Below are positions 52,201 to 64,000 of a DNA stretch of 64,000 bases, in pieces. Below the pieces are notes generated by a model. It did no database searches and was not told where the DNA came from. It worked only from the letters and a program-made list of their open reading frames with translations. Numbering within the stretch: the stretch's first letter is position 1; each line of letters opens with the position of its first letter. The stretch is from contig NC_086097.1 of the NCBI RefSeq assembly GCF_963921235.1, positions 5,828,001 to 5,892,000 on the forward strand, read 5' to 3'. Source of the DNA: Mobula hypostoma. Taxonomy: Eukaryota. Both the position numbers and the translations under genes were made by a program.

Positions 52201-53984
52201 ATCATGCTAACCGCTATACTACCCTACTGGCCACCAAATAGTGAAATGGTCTGAAGGGGAAAACTGGCCTATTTTGGTCCCAATAATTCTACATACTATA
52301 TTCCTGCATACCCCACAATATTTCTGTCTTTTGACAAGGCATTTCTGACCTAAAGTATGAACCATATTTTTGTTTCCACTGCGTGACCTGCTAAGTACTT
52401 TCTAAATTTTCTTCTTTTTTTTCAGATTTCCAATCACCACCAAATTAAGGGGCAGTGTTATTACCGCTCAGCCGCCAGGCCCATGAACCAGAGGGGATAA
52501 CTTCACTCAACTTCACTCACCCCATCATTGATTCCTGCAGCCTATGGACTCACTTTCAAGGACTCCTCATCTCATGCCCTTGATATTTATTGCTTATTTA
52601 TTTATTTAGTTAGTTATTACTTTGTATTTGCTCAGTTTGTTGTCTTTTGTGCACTGGTTATTTTGCTGGATGTGGCATTCCATAGATTTCTATTGTGCTT
52701 CTTGGACTTACTGAGTATGCCCGCAAGTAAACGAATCTCAGTAATCATATATTACTTCGGTAATAAATTTATTTTGAACTTTGAATATCTTCAGGCTTTT
52801 TCAAGTCAAAATGCAATGCCTCAAAAAGGAACCATCCATCATTAAGGACCTCCATCACCCAGGACATGTCCTCTTCTCATTCTACCATTAAGGAGGAGGT
52901 ACAGGAGCCTGAAGACTCAGCGATTCAGGAACAGCTTCTTCAGATTTCTGAATACCTTACTATTTCTTTGGTTCCCTTTTGGCAATACTTACTTCTCTCT
53001 GTTGGGTGCCCATAAGTGAATATTCTCCATAACCACATGCAAAGAATATGCTTAACAACATCTGCCGTTCCTGAGCCCATCATGCAACACACGTAGGTCG
53101 GCTCTGCAAGTGTTAGATGTCATGCATGTGCTCAACGCTCCTAAAAGTGTTGACAAATGTTGGACCCAACACCTACTGCCTGTCCATTATAAAATTAATA
53201 AGATACAATGGTTTTAGTAATCCCTATCTAAGCAACAAGCTATAGACCTTCAAATCCCATTGCATTTTACCACCAAATCAACATATACACAGCAAAACAA
53301 GAATTATACCAAAGGTAAAAATAAACCAAAGGGCTAAGTCTAGGTGATACCAATAAAATTCCAAGTTTGTTATTTCAAGCATGGCATCCATTACCATCAT
53401 TCCAATTAATACGTACATTTATAATTCCCTTATATTTTTATGTTCATTATTGATGTCTTCTTTAAGGGGAAATGGATTATGCATGCAATCTGTTATGCCT
53501 ATAATTAGATGGTTCTATCCTCTCAAGTTGTATCAGACTTCCTCCTTGCAGATGGATTGTGATTCTGAAATGCACGAGAGGCTCGTCTGATATTATTACA
53601 AGGCTGAATTTGTGAGGGGTGCAATAACTGCACTTCAGTGGCACATATTTTGTGCTGCTTAGTTTCAAGAGGACAGCATTACCGACATTTGTGTGTTTTG
53701 CAGAGATAAACAATGCGTATAGACATGGAAACTAGATTTCTGGAATGCTAAAACCTTAACCCTTACCATAATGCACAGAGACATGCAACGCTGATGCTCA
53801 ACTTAATAACTCTACCCACACTTCCTTGTGTAACAAACAAAGTGGCCATTGAGTGTATGTCAGGATGACCTGCACTTTATTTTTTGCACCTGTAGAGTCA
53901 AGTTCCTCATGGACAGATGTAGGTATCTGAGTCTTTTAAGCAGGTGGAAGTAAACAGGACAAAGAATTATTGTTGGAAGCCACT

Positions 53985-54580
53985 ATCAGGAGGACTCAAC
54001 TATAAAAGAATGATGTAACACTGAGGCATTATAAGGCATTGGTCAGACCGCACTTGGAGCATTGTGAGCTGTTTGGGCCCCCTAACCTGTGAAAAATGTG
54101 CTGACACTGCAAAGAGCTCAGAGGAGGTTCTCGAGAATGATTCCGGAAATGATAGGGTTAATGTAAGAGGAGCATTTGATGGCTGTGGGCTTGTTCTTGC
54201 TGGAGAGGACATCTCACTGAAACCTATCGAACATTGAAAGGCCTAGATAGAGAGGCTGTTTCAGATAGTGGGGAAGTCTAGGACCAAAGGTCACAGCTCA
54301 GAACAGAGGGACGTCCATTTAGAACAGAGTTGAGGAGGAATTTCTTTAGCCAGAGGATGGTGGATCTGTGGAATTTATCGCCACAAACAACTGTGAGGCC
54401 AAGTCATTGGGTATATTCAAATTGGAAGTTTGATAGGTTCTTGATTAGGCAGGAGGTCAAAGGTTACAGGGAGAAAGCAGAAGAAAGGGATTGAGAAGAG
54501 TAATAAATCAGCCAGAATGGGATGCTGGAGCAGACTAGATGGGCCCAATGACCTAATACTGCTCCTATGTCTTATGGTCT
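53985..54580 (+). mobile_element. Degraded CR1 3' fragment
   Basis: ggtcagaccgcacttggagcattgtgagc; gtggatctgtggaattt; tail cctatgtcttatggtctta. Confidence 0.8.
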
Positions 54581-54962
54581 TAGTGATTAGAACAAGGATT
54601 CATTTGTCTGTGCTTATAATTAGTGCATGTGAGTTAAGTTCGAAGTTTAAAGATTCAGTGTACATTTATTATCAGAGTATGTATGCAGTATACAACCCTG
54701 AGATTTGTCTTCCCCACAGACATCTGTGCTCCCTTACCTGGTTATCGATATGTCTTCTTTGTGTGTGGGAAGGTGGCATGCACACAGGATAATGAGTTTA
54801 TGAGCTGTACAAAGGTATTTTTCTGTCAGGTTTTCCCTTATTGATGGTATCAATAAAGTTCAAATTCAAGTTTGTTGTTATTGACATATATACATGTATA
54901 CCACTAAACAAAACAATGTTCCTCTGAACCAAGGTGCACACACACTACATATAAGTCACACA

Positions 54963-55735
54963 AGTAAGAGTCCTACTGCTATGCTGTGAGGTAGTATATA
55001 TTAGCAGTTTTCTGTAAAAGCAGTACGCCATGCCAGGGAAGAGTGTTTTGGTTTCAGGTAAAATAAGGACATGTTGTCCAACTTAGGAATGTGAGTTAGC
55101 TAATCAGGATTGCAGTGAAGAGTTTTCTGAAGGACAGTAGTCTGGTTTGGGTGATTTTGACGGCAACTACAGAGTGAGACAGAAGGGAAGATGCCAAAGA
55201 ATGCTGTTGGAAGGAGAGTCCCCATTGCACAAAGTGATTCATACAGTTGAATGGCTCCAAGGAGGAAGGGCCAATACTCCTAAGACAAAGTTGGACTTTG
55301 AGACAAGTTCAGAATGTGGTGTATACTTTCACACGGACTGTGGGTCCAGAACTTGAGCAAAAGATGACTCTAGTATGAACTCTAATGGTCTTGTGCACCT
55401 TGGACTGATGTAACTGTAATGGGCCTTTTATTTTCTTTTTCCTATTAACTGTTTGATTAAGCTGACATTGGTAAATTTACTTTCTTTATAATTTTATGCA
55501 GTGTACAATCTGTTATTTCTGACTGACCAACAATTCTGTATGGGCAGCATTCGCTCAAATTGGGGATTTTTTAATCGGAACATCACAATGTACGCGTTTG
55601 ATTGAACCCCCAAATCATGCCAACCTTGGATCTATTTGTTTCTGAAAGGTGGCCTTTTCACCGCTGAGTCTCGTGGCTGTTAGCGAAGCTAGCTGGCGAG
55701 TGAAGTTTGTCTTGAAGCCCGGTGAGAGGGTTATA
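54963..55735 (+). repeat. 5' LTR (first ~10-15 nt missing)
   Basis: Collinear with 61637-62417 (ctgctatgctgtgaggtagtatatattagcagttttct..., gaaaggtggcctt.., caagtttgt/gaagtttgt). Confidence 0.88.
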
Positions 55736-55850
55736 TTTGTGGCAGTTTTGTCCAGAGATTTTGGATGTTTCTTTAGGATTGATTAAGTGGTTTGTGTGTT
55801 TAAGCCTGTGATTAAACTAATGTCAGGGTAAGTTATTAAGGTACTTAATC

Positions 55851-57770
55851 ATGGATGCTGCAGGGATTGAGGATTGGTGAGATTTGAAACGGTTATCCAT
55901 AAATATTGCCAGTGCTCTGAGTGGACTGCTGCTTAGAGTGCTGAGTTCTGTAAAAGTGTTGAGAAAAGTGATGCTGATTGAACAGTGTTTTGACCAGTCG
56001 GCTGATAAGGATGTCAGGTTAGTCCAGACTAGCAGCGACATAACTGAAGTTGCGCTGCCTGATAGGTTGGGAGACCCTGGAGAGGCGGGGTCATGGGCAG
56101 TCCATATCTTTAGAGCAGAGGGTACGTAGCTGAGGGTGAAGTTTTAAAAGGCAAGTTGTTCCATAAAATCTGGGCAAACAGTTGTCTGATGTAAAAGGTC
56201 GACTGGGTCCTTCAGCGATTGATTTAAATTCTGAGCTGGTTTTGTGTGTTACATCACTGGTTGATAAATACCAAATTTACCATGGGCTGGGAGTGTTCTC
56301 TGGAATCAAGCTTATAACTGATGGGGAAGAAGATTATGAGGCTTGAGCGGAGTGTCCAGCTCAGTTCATGGATGAGTAGCAGTACTCAGGTAGTATGAGA
56401 AACAGACACTGGTAGAAGGTCTGGCAGCTGATACAGTGAGGTTTCTAAAGGAAGAAGTAAAAGTTCAGAAGCTCAAAGGCAGTTTTATTATCAGAGTACA
56501 TATATGTCACCTCATACAATCCTGAGATTCTTTTTCTGCAGGTATACTTAGCATTTAGCCATGTCAGCTAAATTTCCAAAAGCCAAATAGTGTCGCCTCT
56601 GTTGCTGATGTGATCCCTGTTGCCACAGAGATGGAACTTTAGAGGAATGAGGTGGAAAACCTCAAGCTGAGCTGATTCGATGGATGTCTACTTATATTTC
56701 AGCTAAACGTGATACATCCATTGGAAAACTCGACCCACTAGTAGGACTTACCATGCGGAGGACTGCTGCTGAAAAGGGTCTCTTGACTTGAGAGGCGACT
56801 GGTATTTTCTGTTACAACTGTGGAGAAGATGGAAATTTCAAGCAAGACTGTGAGGGGCAGGAAAATCTTCAAGGAGCAAGTCAGCGGATAAAGAAACAGA
56901 GAACAAGAACAAGCAAAACTACGGAGGGACGCAGTAAAGGAATGGGCTGGTGTCTCTGAGAGGATACATTCCAGTCAGTGTATCAAGGCAAATAATAAAG
57001 TGTAAAACACTATTCCTGAAGGGTTAGTGGGACCAAGCTCTGATGTATCCATATGGATTGAAGATATTTATGTTCAATCCATACTTGACATAGGTTCTCA
57101 AGTTACTTTGCTTTATATAGATCCTTTTACAACTGGTATTTGACACCACTCAATGCCCTTGAGACATGGGGGTTTAGTATTGATGATCACCCATGCAATG
57201 GTTACTCATCATTGAAACTGGAGTTTTCAGAAGCAGATGTTGGAGTAAATGCGATTATTGACACACCAGTGTTGGTCTGCCCAAATCCAGTTGAAAAGGG
57301 TGAAGCTTCCATTCTTGTGGGAACAAATATTTCCACTGTGAGAAGGCTCATACAAGGTGAGAAATGGAGAGAACTTTTTGAAAATCTTGCTCATTCACCC
57401 AGTTGTTCAGAGCTGCTTTTGAAAAGGTGCAAGCTCCCTCGAAGCAGAATGATGAGCAGTAATGAGGAAGTGTGAGGTACACCCAGTCTAAACTTATCAT
57501 GTCACATCCTGGAGGACTAGCTAGAGTGACAGAAAGCCCCCAAATTTGCCGGAATGCCCAATGCCTCAGTCAGCAAGGTGGATGCTCCTGATGATCAGGA
57601 AGAAGAGTCGCACTTACTTGCAGGGCTGCTGGTGAGGCCTAACCTGTAGAAGTCTTTGGCTGTCTACGCAAGCAGGATGACATTGATTGTCAGGAACACC
57701 TCAGGAAGAGATGTTAGCCTCAGAGATGGGATGCCGATTGCCCCTCTTTTTCCTGTGGGAGGTAGTGTCT
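55851..57770 (+). pseudogene. Gypsy gag-protease pseudogene (PNMA-like gag, zinc knuckle, aspartic protease)
   Basis: MDAAGIEDW*; GEEDYEA*..EKQTLVEGL; zinc knuckle with H->N; LDIGSQVT (D-T-G motif altered); many stops and frameshifts; small LINE-tail insert at ~56460-56550. Confidence 0.75.
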
Positions 57771-57789
57771 AGTTTTTCATAGCACCCTA

Positions 57790-59197
57790 AGACCATAAGA
57801 CATAAGAGCAGAATTAGGCCATCTAGCCCATTGAGTCTGCTCTGACATTCAATCATAGCTGATCCTTTTTTCTTCTCCTTCTCAACCCCAGTTCCCGGCC
57901 TTCTCCCCATAACCTTTGATGCCATGTCTAATCAAGAACCTATCAATCTCTGTCTTAAATGCACCCAAAGACTTGGCCTCCACAGCTGCATGTGGCAACA
58001 AATTCCACAAATTCACCACCCTTTGGCTACAGAAATTTCTCCACATCTCTGTTTTGAAAAGGCGCCCCTCTATCCTGAGGCTGTGCCCTCTTGTCCTAGA
58101 CTCTCCCACTATGGGAAACATCCTTTCCACATCTACTCTGTGTAGGCCTTTCAACATTTGAGTTTCAATGAAATTCTCCTCATCCTTCTGAATTCCAGCG
58201 AGTACAGACCCAGAGCCATCAAATGTTCCTCATATGATAACCCTTTCATTCCTGGAACCATTCTTGTGAACCTCCTCTGATCCCTCTCCAATGCCAGCAC
58301 ATCTTTTCTAAGATGAGGGGCCCAAAACTGTTCACAATACTCAAGGTGAGGGCTCACCAGTGCTTTATGAAGCCTCAGCATCACATCACTGCTCTTGTAT
58401 TAGAGATATGTTGAAATGAATGCTAACATTGCACTTGCCTTCCTCACACTGACTCAACCTGCAAGTTAACTTTTAGGGTGTTCTGCACAAGGACTTCCAA
58501 GTCCCTTTGCATCTCAGATTTTTGGATATTCTCCCTGTTTAGAAAATAGTTCGCACATTTATTTCTACTACCAAAGTGCATGAACATGCATTTTCCAACA
58601 TTGTATCAGTTCTTAATGCATGCATACTAAATGACAATAAAGAGGACTGCGTGTCCTCATAATCTAATCTAAAAAAAAACTTGGCAACAAAGCCATCTAT
58701 TCCATCATCTAAATCATTGATACACAGCATGAAAAGGAGTGGTCCCAATACCGACCCCTGCAGAACACCACTAGTCACTAGCAGCCAACTAGAAAAGGAT
58801 CCTTTTATTCCCATTTGCTGCCCCCTACCAATCAGCCAATTCTCTAACCATGTTAGTAACTTTCCTGTAAAACCATGGGCTCTTAACTTGGTAAGCAGCC
58901 TCATGTGTGGCACCTTGTCAAAGGCCTTCTGGAAGTCCAAATATGCAACATCTGCTACATCGTCTACTTGTAATCTCCTCAAAGGATTCCAACAGGTTCA
59001 TCAGGCAGGGTTTTCCATGCTGACTTTGTACTATCTTGTCCTGTGTCACCAAGTACTCCATCATCTCATCCTTAAAAATTGACTCTAACATCCTCCCAAC
59101 CACTGAGGTCTGGCTAACTGGTTTACAATTTCCTGTCTGCTGCCTTCCTCCTTTCTTAAAGAGTGGAGTGACATTTGCAATTTTCCAGTCCTCTGGC
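57790..59197 (-). mobile_element. CR1-type LINE nested in the Gypsy element
   Basis: PEDWKIANVTPLFKKG, YLDFQKAFDKV, GVLQGSVLGP, PHLEYCEQFWAP; tail shows as taagaccataaga. Confidence 0.92.
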
Positions 59198-59819
59198 ACA
59201 AGTGGCAGTAGTGTTTAGTCTTCTGGGGGAACCAAAAGAGAAACAGTCTCCTGGTCGAAGGAAGATGATCTCAAAGTCATTCAACTTTGGTGTCTCACCG
59301 ATACCCGAGGAATGGAAAAGGAGATCAACTGAGAAGGTGTTGGAACTGAAGATGTCTTTTCTACGGTCACGTCTGATGTTGATTGCTCCAGGAGTACTCG
59401 CCACACTATTACTCAGCCCCCTGCTCGATTCACGTCACACCTATGACTGTGTGGCAAAATACAACTCCAACACCATATACAGATTAGCTAACAACACTAC
59501 TGTTGCGGGCTGTATCAAAGGGGGTGATGAATCAACATACAGGAGGGATATTGAACATTTGGTTGAGTGGTGTAATAACAACAACCTCTCACTCAATGTC
59601 AAAAGGACCAAGGAGATGATTGTAGACTTCAGGAGAACATAACCAGAACCAGTAATCATTGGAGGATCAGAGGTGGCGAGGGTCAGTAACTTTAAATTCC
59701 TGGGTGTCTCTATCTCGGAGGACCTGTCCTGGACCAATCATATAAATATTATTGCAAAGAAAGCACAACAGCACCTTTCGGCATGTCATTGACAACCTTG
59801 GCAAACTTCTATAGACATG

Positions 59820-60736
59820 CAAACACAAAATAATCTGCAGATGCTGGCGTCAAAGCAACACTCACGGCACGCTGGAGGAACTCAGCAGGTCGGGCAGCAT
59901 CCGTGGAAACGATGAGTCAACGTTTCGGACTGGAACCCTTCATCAGGACTGTAGAGGGAAGGGGTAGAGGGAAGGGGCAGAGGCCCTATACAGAAGGTGG
60001 GGGGAGGGTGGGAAGGAGAAGGCTGGTAGGTTCCAGCTGAAAAACCAGTAAGGGGAAAGATAAGGTGGTGGGGGAAGGGAGGCAGGGAGGTGATAGGCAG
60101 GAAAGGTGAAGAAAGAATAGGGGAAAACACAATGGGTAGTAGAAGGAGGCGGAACCATGAGGAAGGTGATAGGCAGCTGGCGGAGGGGGCAGAGTGAAAT
60201 AGGGATAGGGGAAGGGAGGGGGAGGGAATTACCGGAAGTTGGAGAATTCTATGTTCATACCAAGGGGCTGGAGACTACCTAGACGGTATATGAGGTGTTG
60301 CTCCTCCAACCTGAGTTTAGCCTCATCATGGCAGTAGAGGAGGCCATGTATGGACATATCTGAATGGGAGTAGGAAGCAGAGTTGAAGTGGGTGGCTACT
60401 GGGAGATCCTGTCTCTTTTGGCGGACGGAGCGGAAGTGCTCGATGAAGCGGTCTCCCAATCTGCGTCGGGTTTCACTGATGTAGAGGAGGCCGCACCAGG
60501 AGCACCGGATGCAATAGATGACCCCAACAGACTCACAAGTGAAGTGTTGCCTCACCTGGAAGGACTGTTTGGGGCCCTGATTGGTGGCAAGAGAGGAGGT
60601 GTAGGGACAGGTGTAGCACTTGCACTTACAGGGATAAGTGCCGGCTGGGAGATCCGTGGGGAGGGACGTGTGGACCAGGGAGTTGCGGAGGGACCGATCC
60701 CTGCGGAAAGCGGAGAGGTGTGGAGAGGGAAACATG
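59820..60736 (-). mobile_element. 5'-truncated Penelope-like element
   Basis: 13-bp TSD ttctatagacatg (59807-59819, 60737-60749); hammerhead motif at 59914-59951 (minus strand). Confidence 0.92.
60229..60735 (-). CDS. Penelope GIY-YIG endonuclease domain (partial ORF)
   Basis: CKCKCYTC..FTCESVGVIYCIRCSWCGLLYISETRRRLGDRFIEH..VATHF..LEEQHLI..LQPLGMN; open for 168 codons but 5'-truncated. Confidence 0.8.
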   Translation of the reverse strand: MFPSPHLSAFRRDRSLRNSLVHTSLPTDLPAGTYPCKCKCYTCPYTSSLATNQGPKQSFQVRQHFTCESVGVIYCIRCSWCGLLYISETRRRLGDRFIEHFRSVRQKRQDLPVATHFNSASYSHSDMSIHGLLYCHDEAKLRLEEQHLIYRLGSLQPLGMNIEFSNFR

Positions 60737-61636
60737 TTCTATAGACATGTGGTGGAAATTGAGCTGACTAGCTGCATTACAGCCTAATATGGGAACACCG
60801 ATGTCTTTGAGTGGAAAATCCTACAAATTGTATTGAATTCTGCCCAGTACATCACCTTTGAGCATATCTACGTGAAGTATTGCCACAGAAAAGGAGTGTC
60901 CGTCATCAAAGATCCTCATCACCAAGGCCATGCTCTTTTCTCAATGCTGTCATCAGGTAGAAGGTACAAGAGCCTTAGTGTTCACACCACCATGTTCAAG
61001 AACACTAACTATCCCTCAACCATCAGGCTCTTTAACAAAAGGGGATAACTACACTCATTTAAGAACTTTGTTATACAATTATTTCATGCAATTTATTTAT
61101 ATCAACATTTACAGTTTGTTGACAGCTTACAGTTTCTGATGTTTACAGTTTACAGTTACTATTCTATAGATTTGCTAAGTATGCCTGCACAAAAAGTGTC
61201 TCAGTGTTGTTTGTGGTAGCATGTACGTACTCTGAAAATAAAATCTACTTTGAACTTCAAACTTTATTAGAGTGACTGAGGACACCATTAGAGGTTGAAG
61301 ATGTTCAGCAGCACCTGAAGGGGGCAGGGTGACTGGAGCTGCAAGAAGGTACAAGTAATAGACAGGGGAGGTGTCCTCTAGTAGACAGGAAAGGGTACAA
61401 GGAATGTCTGAAGCTGGAGAAGCTGGAGATGAGGTAAGGAGGTTTCCGAAAGTCAGAAATCCCCTAACTTGGCTGACAGAAGATGCATCTGGGAAACTGA
61501 GTGTTATGTCCATTCCCATTTACAAATGGATTGGGGAGTCATGAAATCATGGAATTCATTGAAATACTATGCTCTTAGTAATGGATTAATTAGTTTCAAA
61601 GTCATGAGGACTTGATTATTTTTGGTGGGGGGAGTA

Positions 61637-62417
61637 TGTAATACCCTGGTAAAGATTCCTGCTGCTATGCTGTGAGGTAGTATATATTAGCAGTTTTCTA
61701 TAAAAGCAGTACGCCATGCTGGAAAGAGTTTTTTGGTTTCGGCTAAGAAAAGGACACATGCTGTCCAACTTAGGGATATGAGTCAGCCAGTCAAGATCGT
61801 GGTGAAGAGTTTTCTGAAGGACAGTCGGGTCTTTCGATGGGAGCTGCAGAGTGGGACAGAAGGGATGATGCCGCAGAATGGCATTGGAAGGAGAGTCCTT
61901 GTTTCACTAAGTGCTTTGTGCAGATGAATGGCTCCAAGGAGAAAGGGCCAATACTCTTGAGAGAGAGAGGTTTATTTGACTTAGACTTTTGAGGGAAGTT
62001 TGGAACGTGGTGTGTGATTTCACACAGACCATGGGCCCAGCACGAGAGTAAAAGAACTCCAACGGTCCTGTGCCCATCGGAGTGCTGCAACTGTAATGGG
62101 CCTTCCAGTTTATTTCTCCTTCTTTTCCTATTAACTGCTTGATAAAGCTGAAATTTGTAAGTATACTTTCTTTATGAAGTGTACAAACTGTTATTTCCGG
62201 CTGACCGACAATGGTATACGGACAGCATTTACCCAGTGTCTGCTCGAATGGAGATTTCTTTAATTGCAACATCACAATATTCCCATCAGGTTGAACCATA
62301 CCAACCCTAGAGGAGGATTGTTTTGAAAGGTGGCCTTCTCTCTGCTGAGTCCCAGGGCTTTTAGCGGGCTACCCGGCCAGTCAAGTTTGTATACAAGCCT
62401 GGTGACAGGGGTGTACA
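61637..62417 (+). repeat. 3' LTR (TGTA...TACA)
   Basis: Starts tgtaataccc directly after the purine tract and ends ggggtgtaca. Confidence 0.9.
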
Positions 62418-62796
62418 CATAACAGATAAAGTAATATTACTACATATAAATTAACAAATAATTTGCAACACAAGTTGAAAAGTAAACAGTAAAGTGCTAC
62501 TGGTGCTTCATCCATGAAGAAACCTGTGTGGTGGCAGGGAGTTCAATTGTCTCACAAACTGAGGGAAGAAGCTGCTTCCCATCCTTAGGTTCCTGGTTCC
62601 AATGCTACAGTACCTCCTGTCTGATGGTCAGGGGCCACAGGGATTGTTGGATGGTGGGAGAGATGATTGACACTGTTAAGGGCACTGAATGCGTAGCATT
62701 CTTGGTAATTATCTTAGTTAGGTGGAAGAGCGACCATAAGACCTTAAGATAGACAATAAGACATGACTTGAGGTACGTTGATGGAGAAGATCCTAA

Positions 62797-63907
62797 AAGG
62801 TACCCCATGCAAGGCTTATTGAGAAAGTAAGGAGACGTGGGATCCAAGGGGACATTGCTTTGTGGATCCAGAACTAGCTTGCTCACAGAAGGCAAAGAGT
62901 GGTTGTAGATGGGTCACATTCTGCATGGAGGTCGGTGGCAGTGGTGTGCCTCAGGGATCTATGCTGGGACCCCTTCTCTTCATGATTTTTATAAATGATC
63001 TGGATGAAGAAGTGGAGGGATGGGTTAGTAAGTGTGCTGATGACACAAAGGTTGGGGGTGTTGTGGATAGTGTGGAGGGCTGTCAGAGGTTACAGTGGGA
63101 CATTGATAGGATGCAAAACTGGGCTGAGAAGTGGCAGATGGAGTTCAACCCAGATAAATGTGAGGTGGTTCATTTTGGTAGGTCAAATATGATGGCAGAA
63201 TATAGTATTAATTGTAAGACTCTTGGCAGTGTGGAGGATCAGAGGGATCTTGGGGTCTGACATTGAAAGCAGCTGTGCAGGTTGATTAATAAGGCATATG
63301 GTGTACTGGCCTTGATCAATTGTGGGATTTGAGCCGAGAGGTAATGTTGCAGCTATATAGGACCCTGGTCAGACCCCACTTGGGAGTAATGTGCTCAGTT
63401 TTGGTCAGCTCACTACAAGAAGGATATGGAATCTATAGATCGGCTGCAGAGGAGATTTACAAGGATGTTGCCTGGATTGGGGAGTATGCCTTATGAGAAT
63501 AGGTTGAGTGAACTCGGCCTTTTCTCCTTGGAGCAACAGAGGATGAGAGGTGACCTGATAGAGGTGTACAAGATAATGAGAGGCATTCATCGTGTGGATT
63601 GTCAGAGGCTTTTTCCCAGGGCTGAAATGGCTGGCATGAGAGGGCACAGTTTTAAGGTGCTTGGAAGTAGGTCCAGAGGAGATGTCAGGGGTAAGTTTTT
63701 TACGCAGAGTGCATGGAATGGGCTGCCGGCGACGGTCATGGAGGCAAATATGATAGAGTCTTTTGAGAGGCTCCTGGATAGGTACATGGAGCTTATAAAA
63801 ATAGAGGGCTATGGTAACCCTAGATAATTTCTAAGGTAAATACATGTTTGGGACAGCTTTGTGGGTTGAAGGGCCTGTATTGTGCTTAGGTTTTCTATGT
63901 TTCTATG
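62797..63907 (+). mobile_element. CR1-type LINE 3' part
   Basis: GVPQGSMLGPLLF, CADDTKV, WQMEFNPDKC, RMRGDLIEVYK; tail ttctatgtttctatg. Confidence 0.92.
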
Positions 63908-64000
63908 TAAGATATAGGAGCAGAAGTAGGACATTTGGCCTATCGAGTCTTCTCTGCCATGGCTGATCCTTTCTGACAGTACAACAATTGTTGGTAGAAT

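Larger units (their letters stand above)
59400..61262 (+). mobile_element. Rex1-type LINE fragment nested in the Gypsy element and split by a Penelope element
   Basis: LSPLLDSRHTYDC..ANNTTVAG..NVKRTKEMIVDFR; resumes after 60749; tail ctttgaacttcaaac. Confidence 0.85.
54963..62417 (+). mobile_element. Decayed Gypsy provirus with a PNMA-like gag, two LTRs and nested insertions
   Basis: 5' LTR ~54963-55735; PBS-like tttgtggcag at 55736; gag ATG at 55851; CYNCGEDGNFKQDC at 56810-56851; IPEGLVGP and LDIGSQVT protease; SFNFGVSPIPEEWK at ~59277; PPT ..tttggtggggggagta; 3' LTR 61637-62417. The interrupted host repeat resumes after 62417. Confidence 0.88.

Overview
Eukaryotic, transposon-saturated genomic DNA. 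The repeat families (CR1, Rex1/Babar-type, L2, Penelope, tRNA-derived SINEs) look like those of a cartilaginous fish, probably a ray; this is inferred from the repeats and not proven. No host gene could be identified with confidence, and nearly all long ORFs in the track are retroelement remnants or artefacts of tandem repeats. Main contents: (1) a full-span L1 with a 16-bp TSD, an intact ORF1 and a deleted RT domain; (2) a Tigger3/MER2-like DNA transposon that closely resembles my recollection of the human consensus, inside a four-level nest of insertions; (3) two decayed Gypsy proviruses, one Mag-like with a fold-back duplication at its deletion breakpoint and one with a PNMA-like gag, plus a solo LTR; (4) an R4/Dong-type element; (5) many Penelope pLTRs carrying minimal hammerhead-ribozyme motifs, often as inverted pairs; (6) three minisatellites born inside or at the edge of retroelements, including a 1.8-kb array whose unit is half hammerhead core and half target site; (7) a candidate HDV-like ribozyme. 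TSD and motif coordinates were read directly from the sequence; other element boundaries are approximate.
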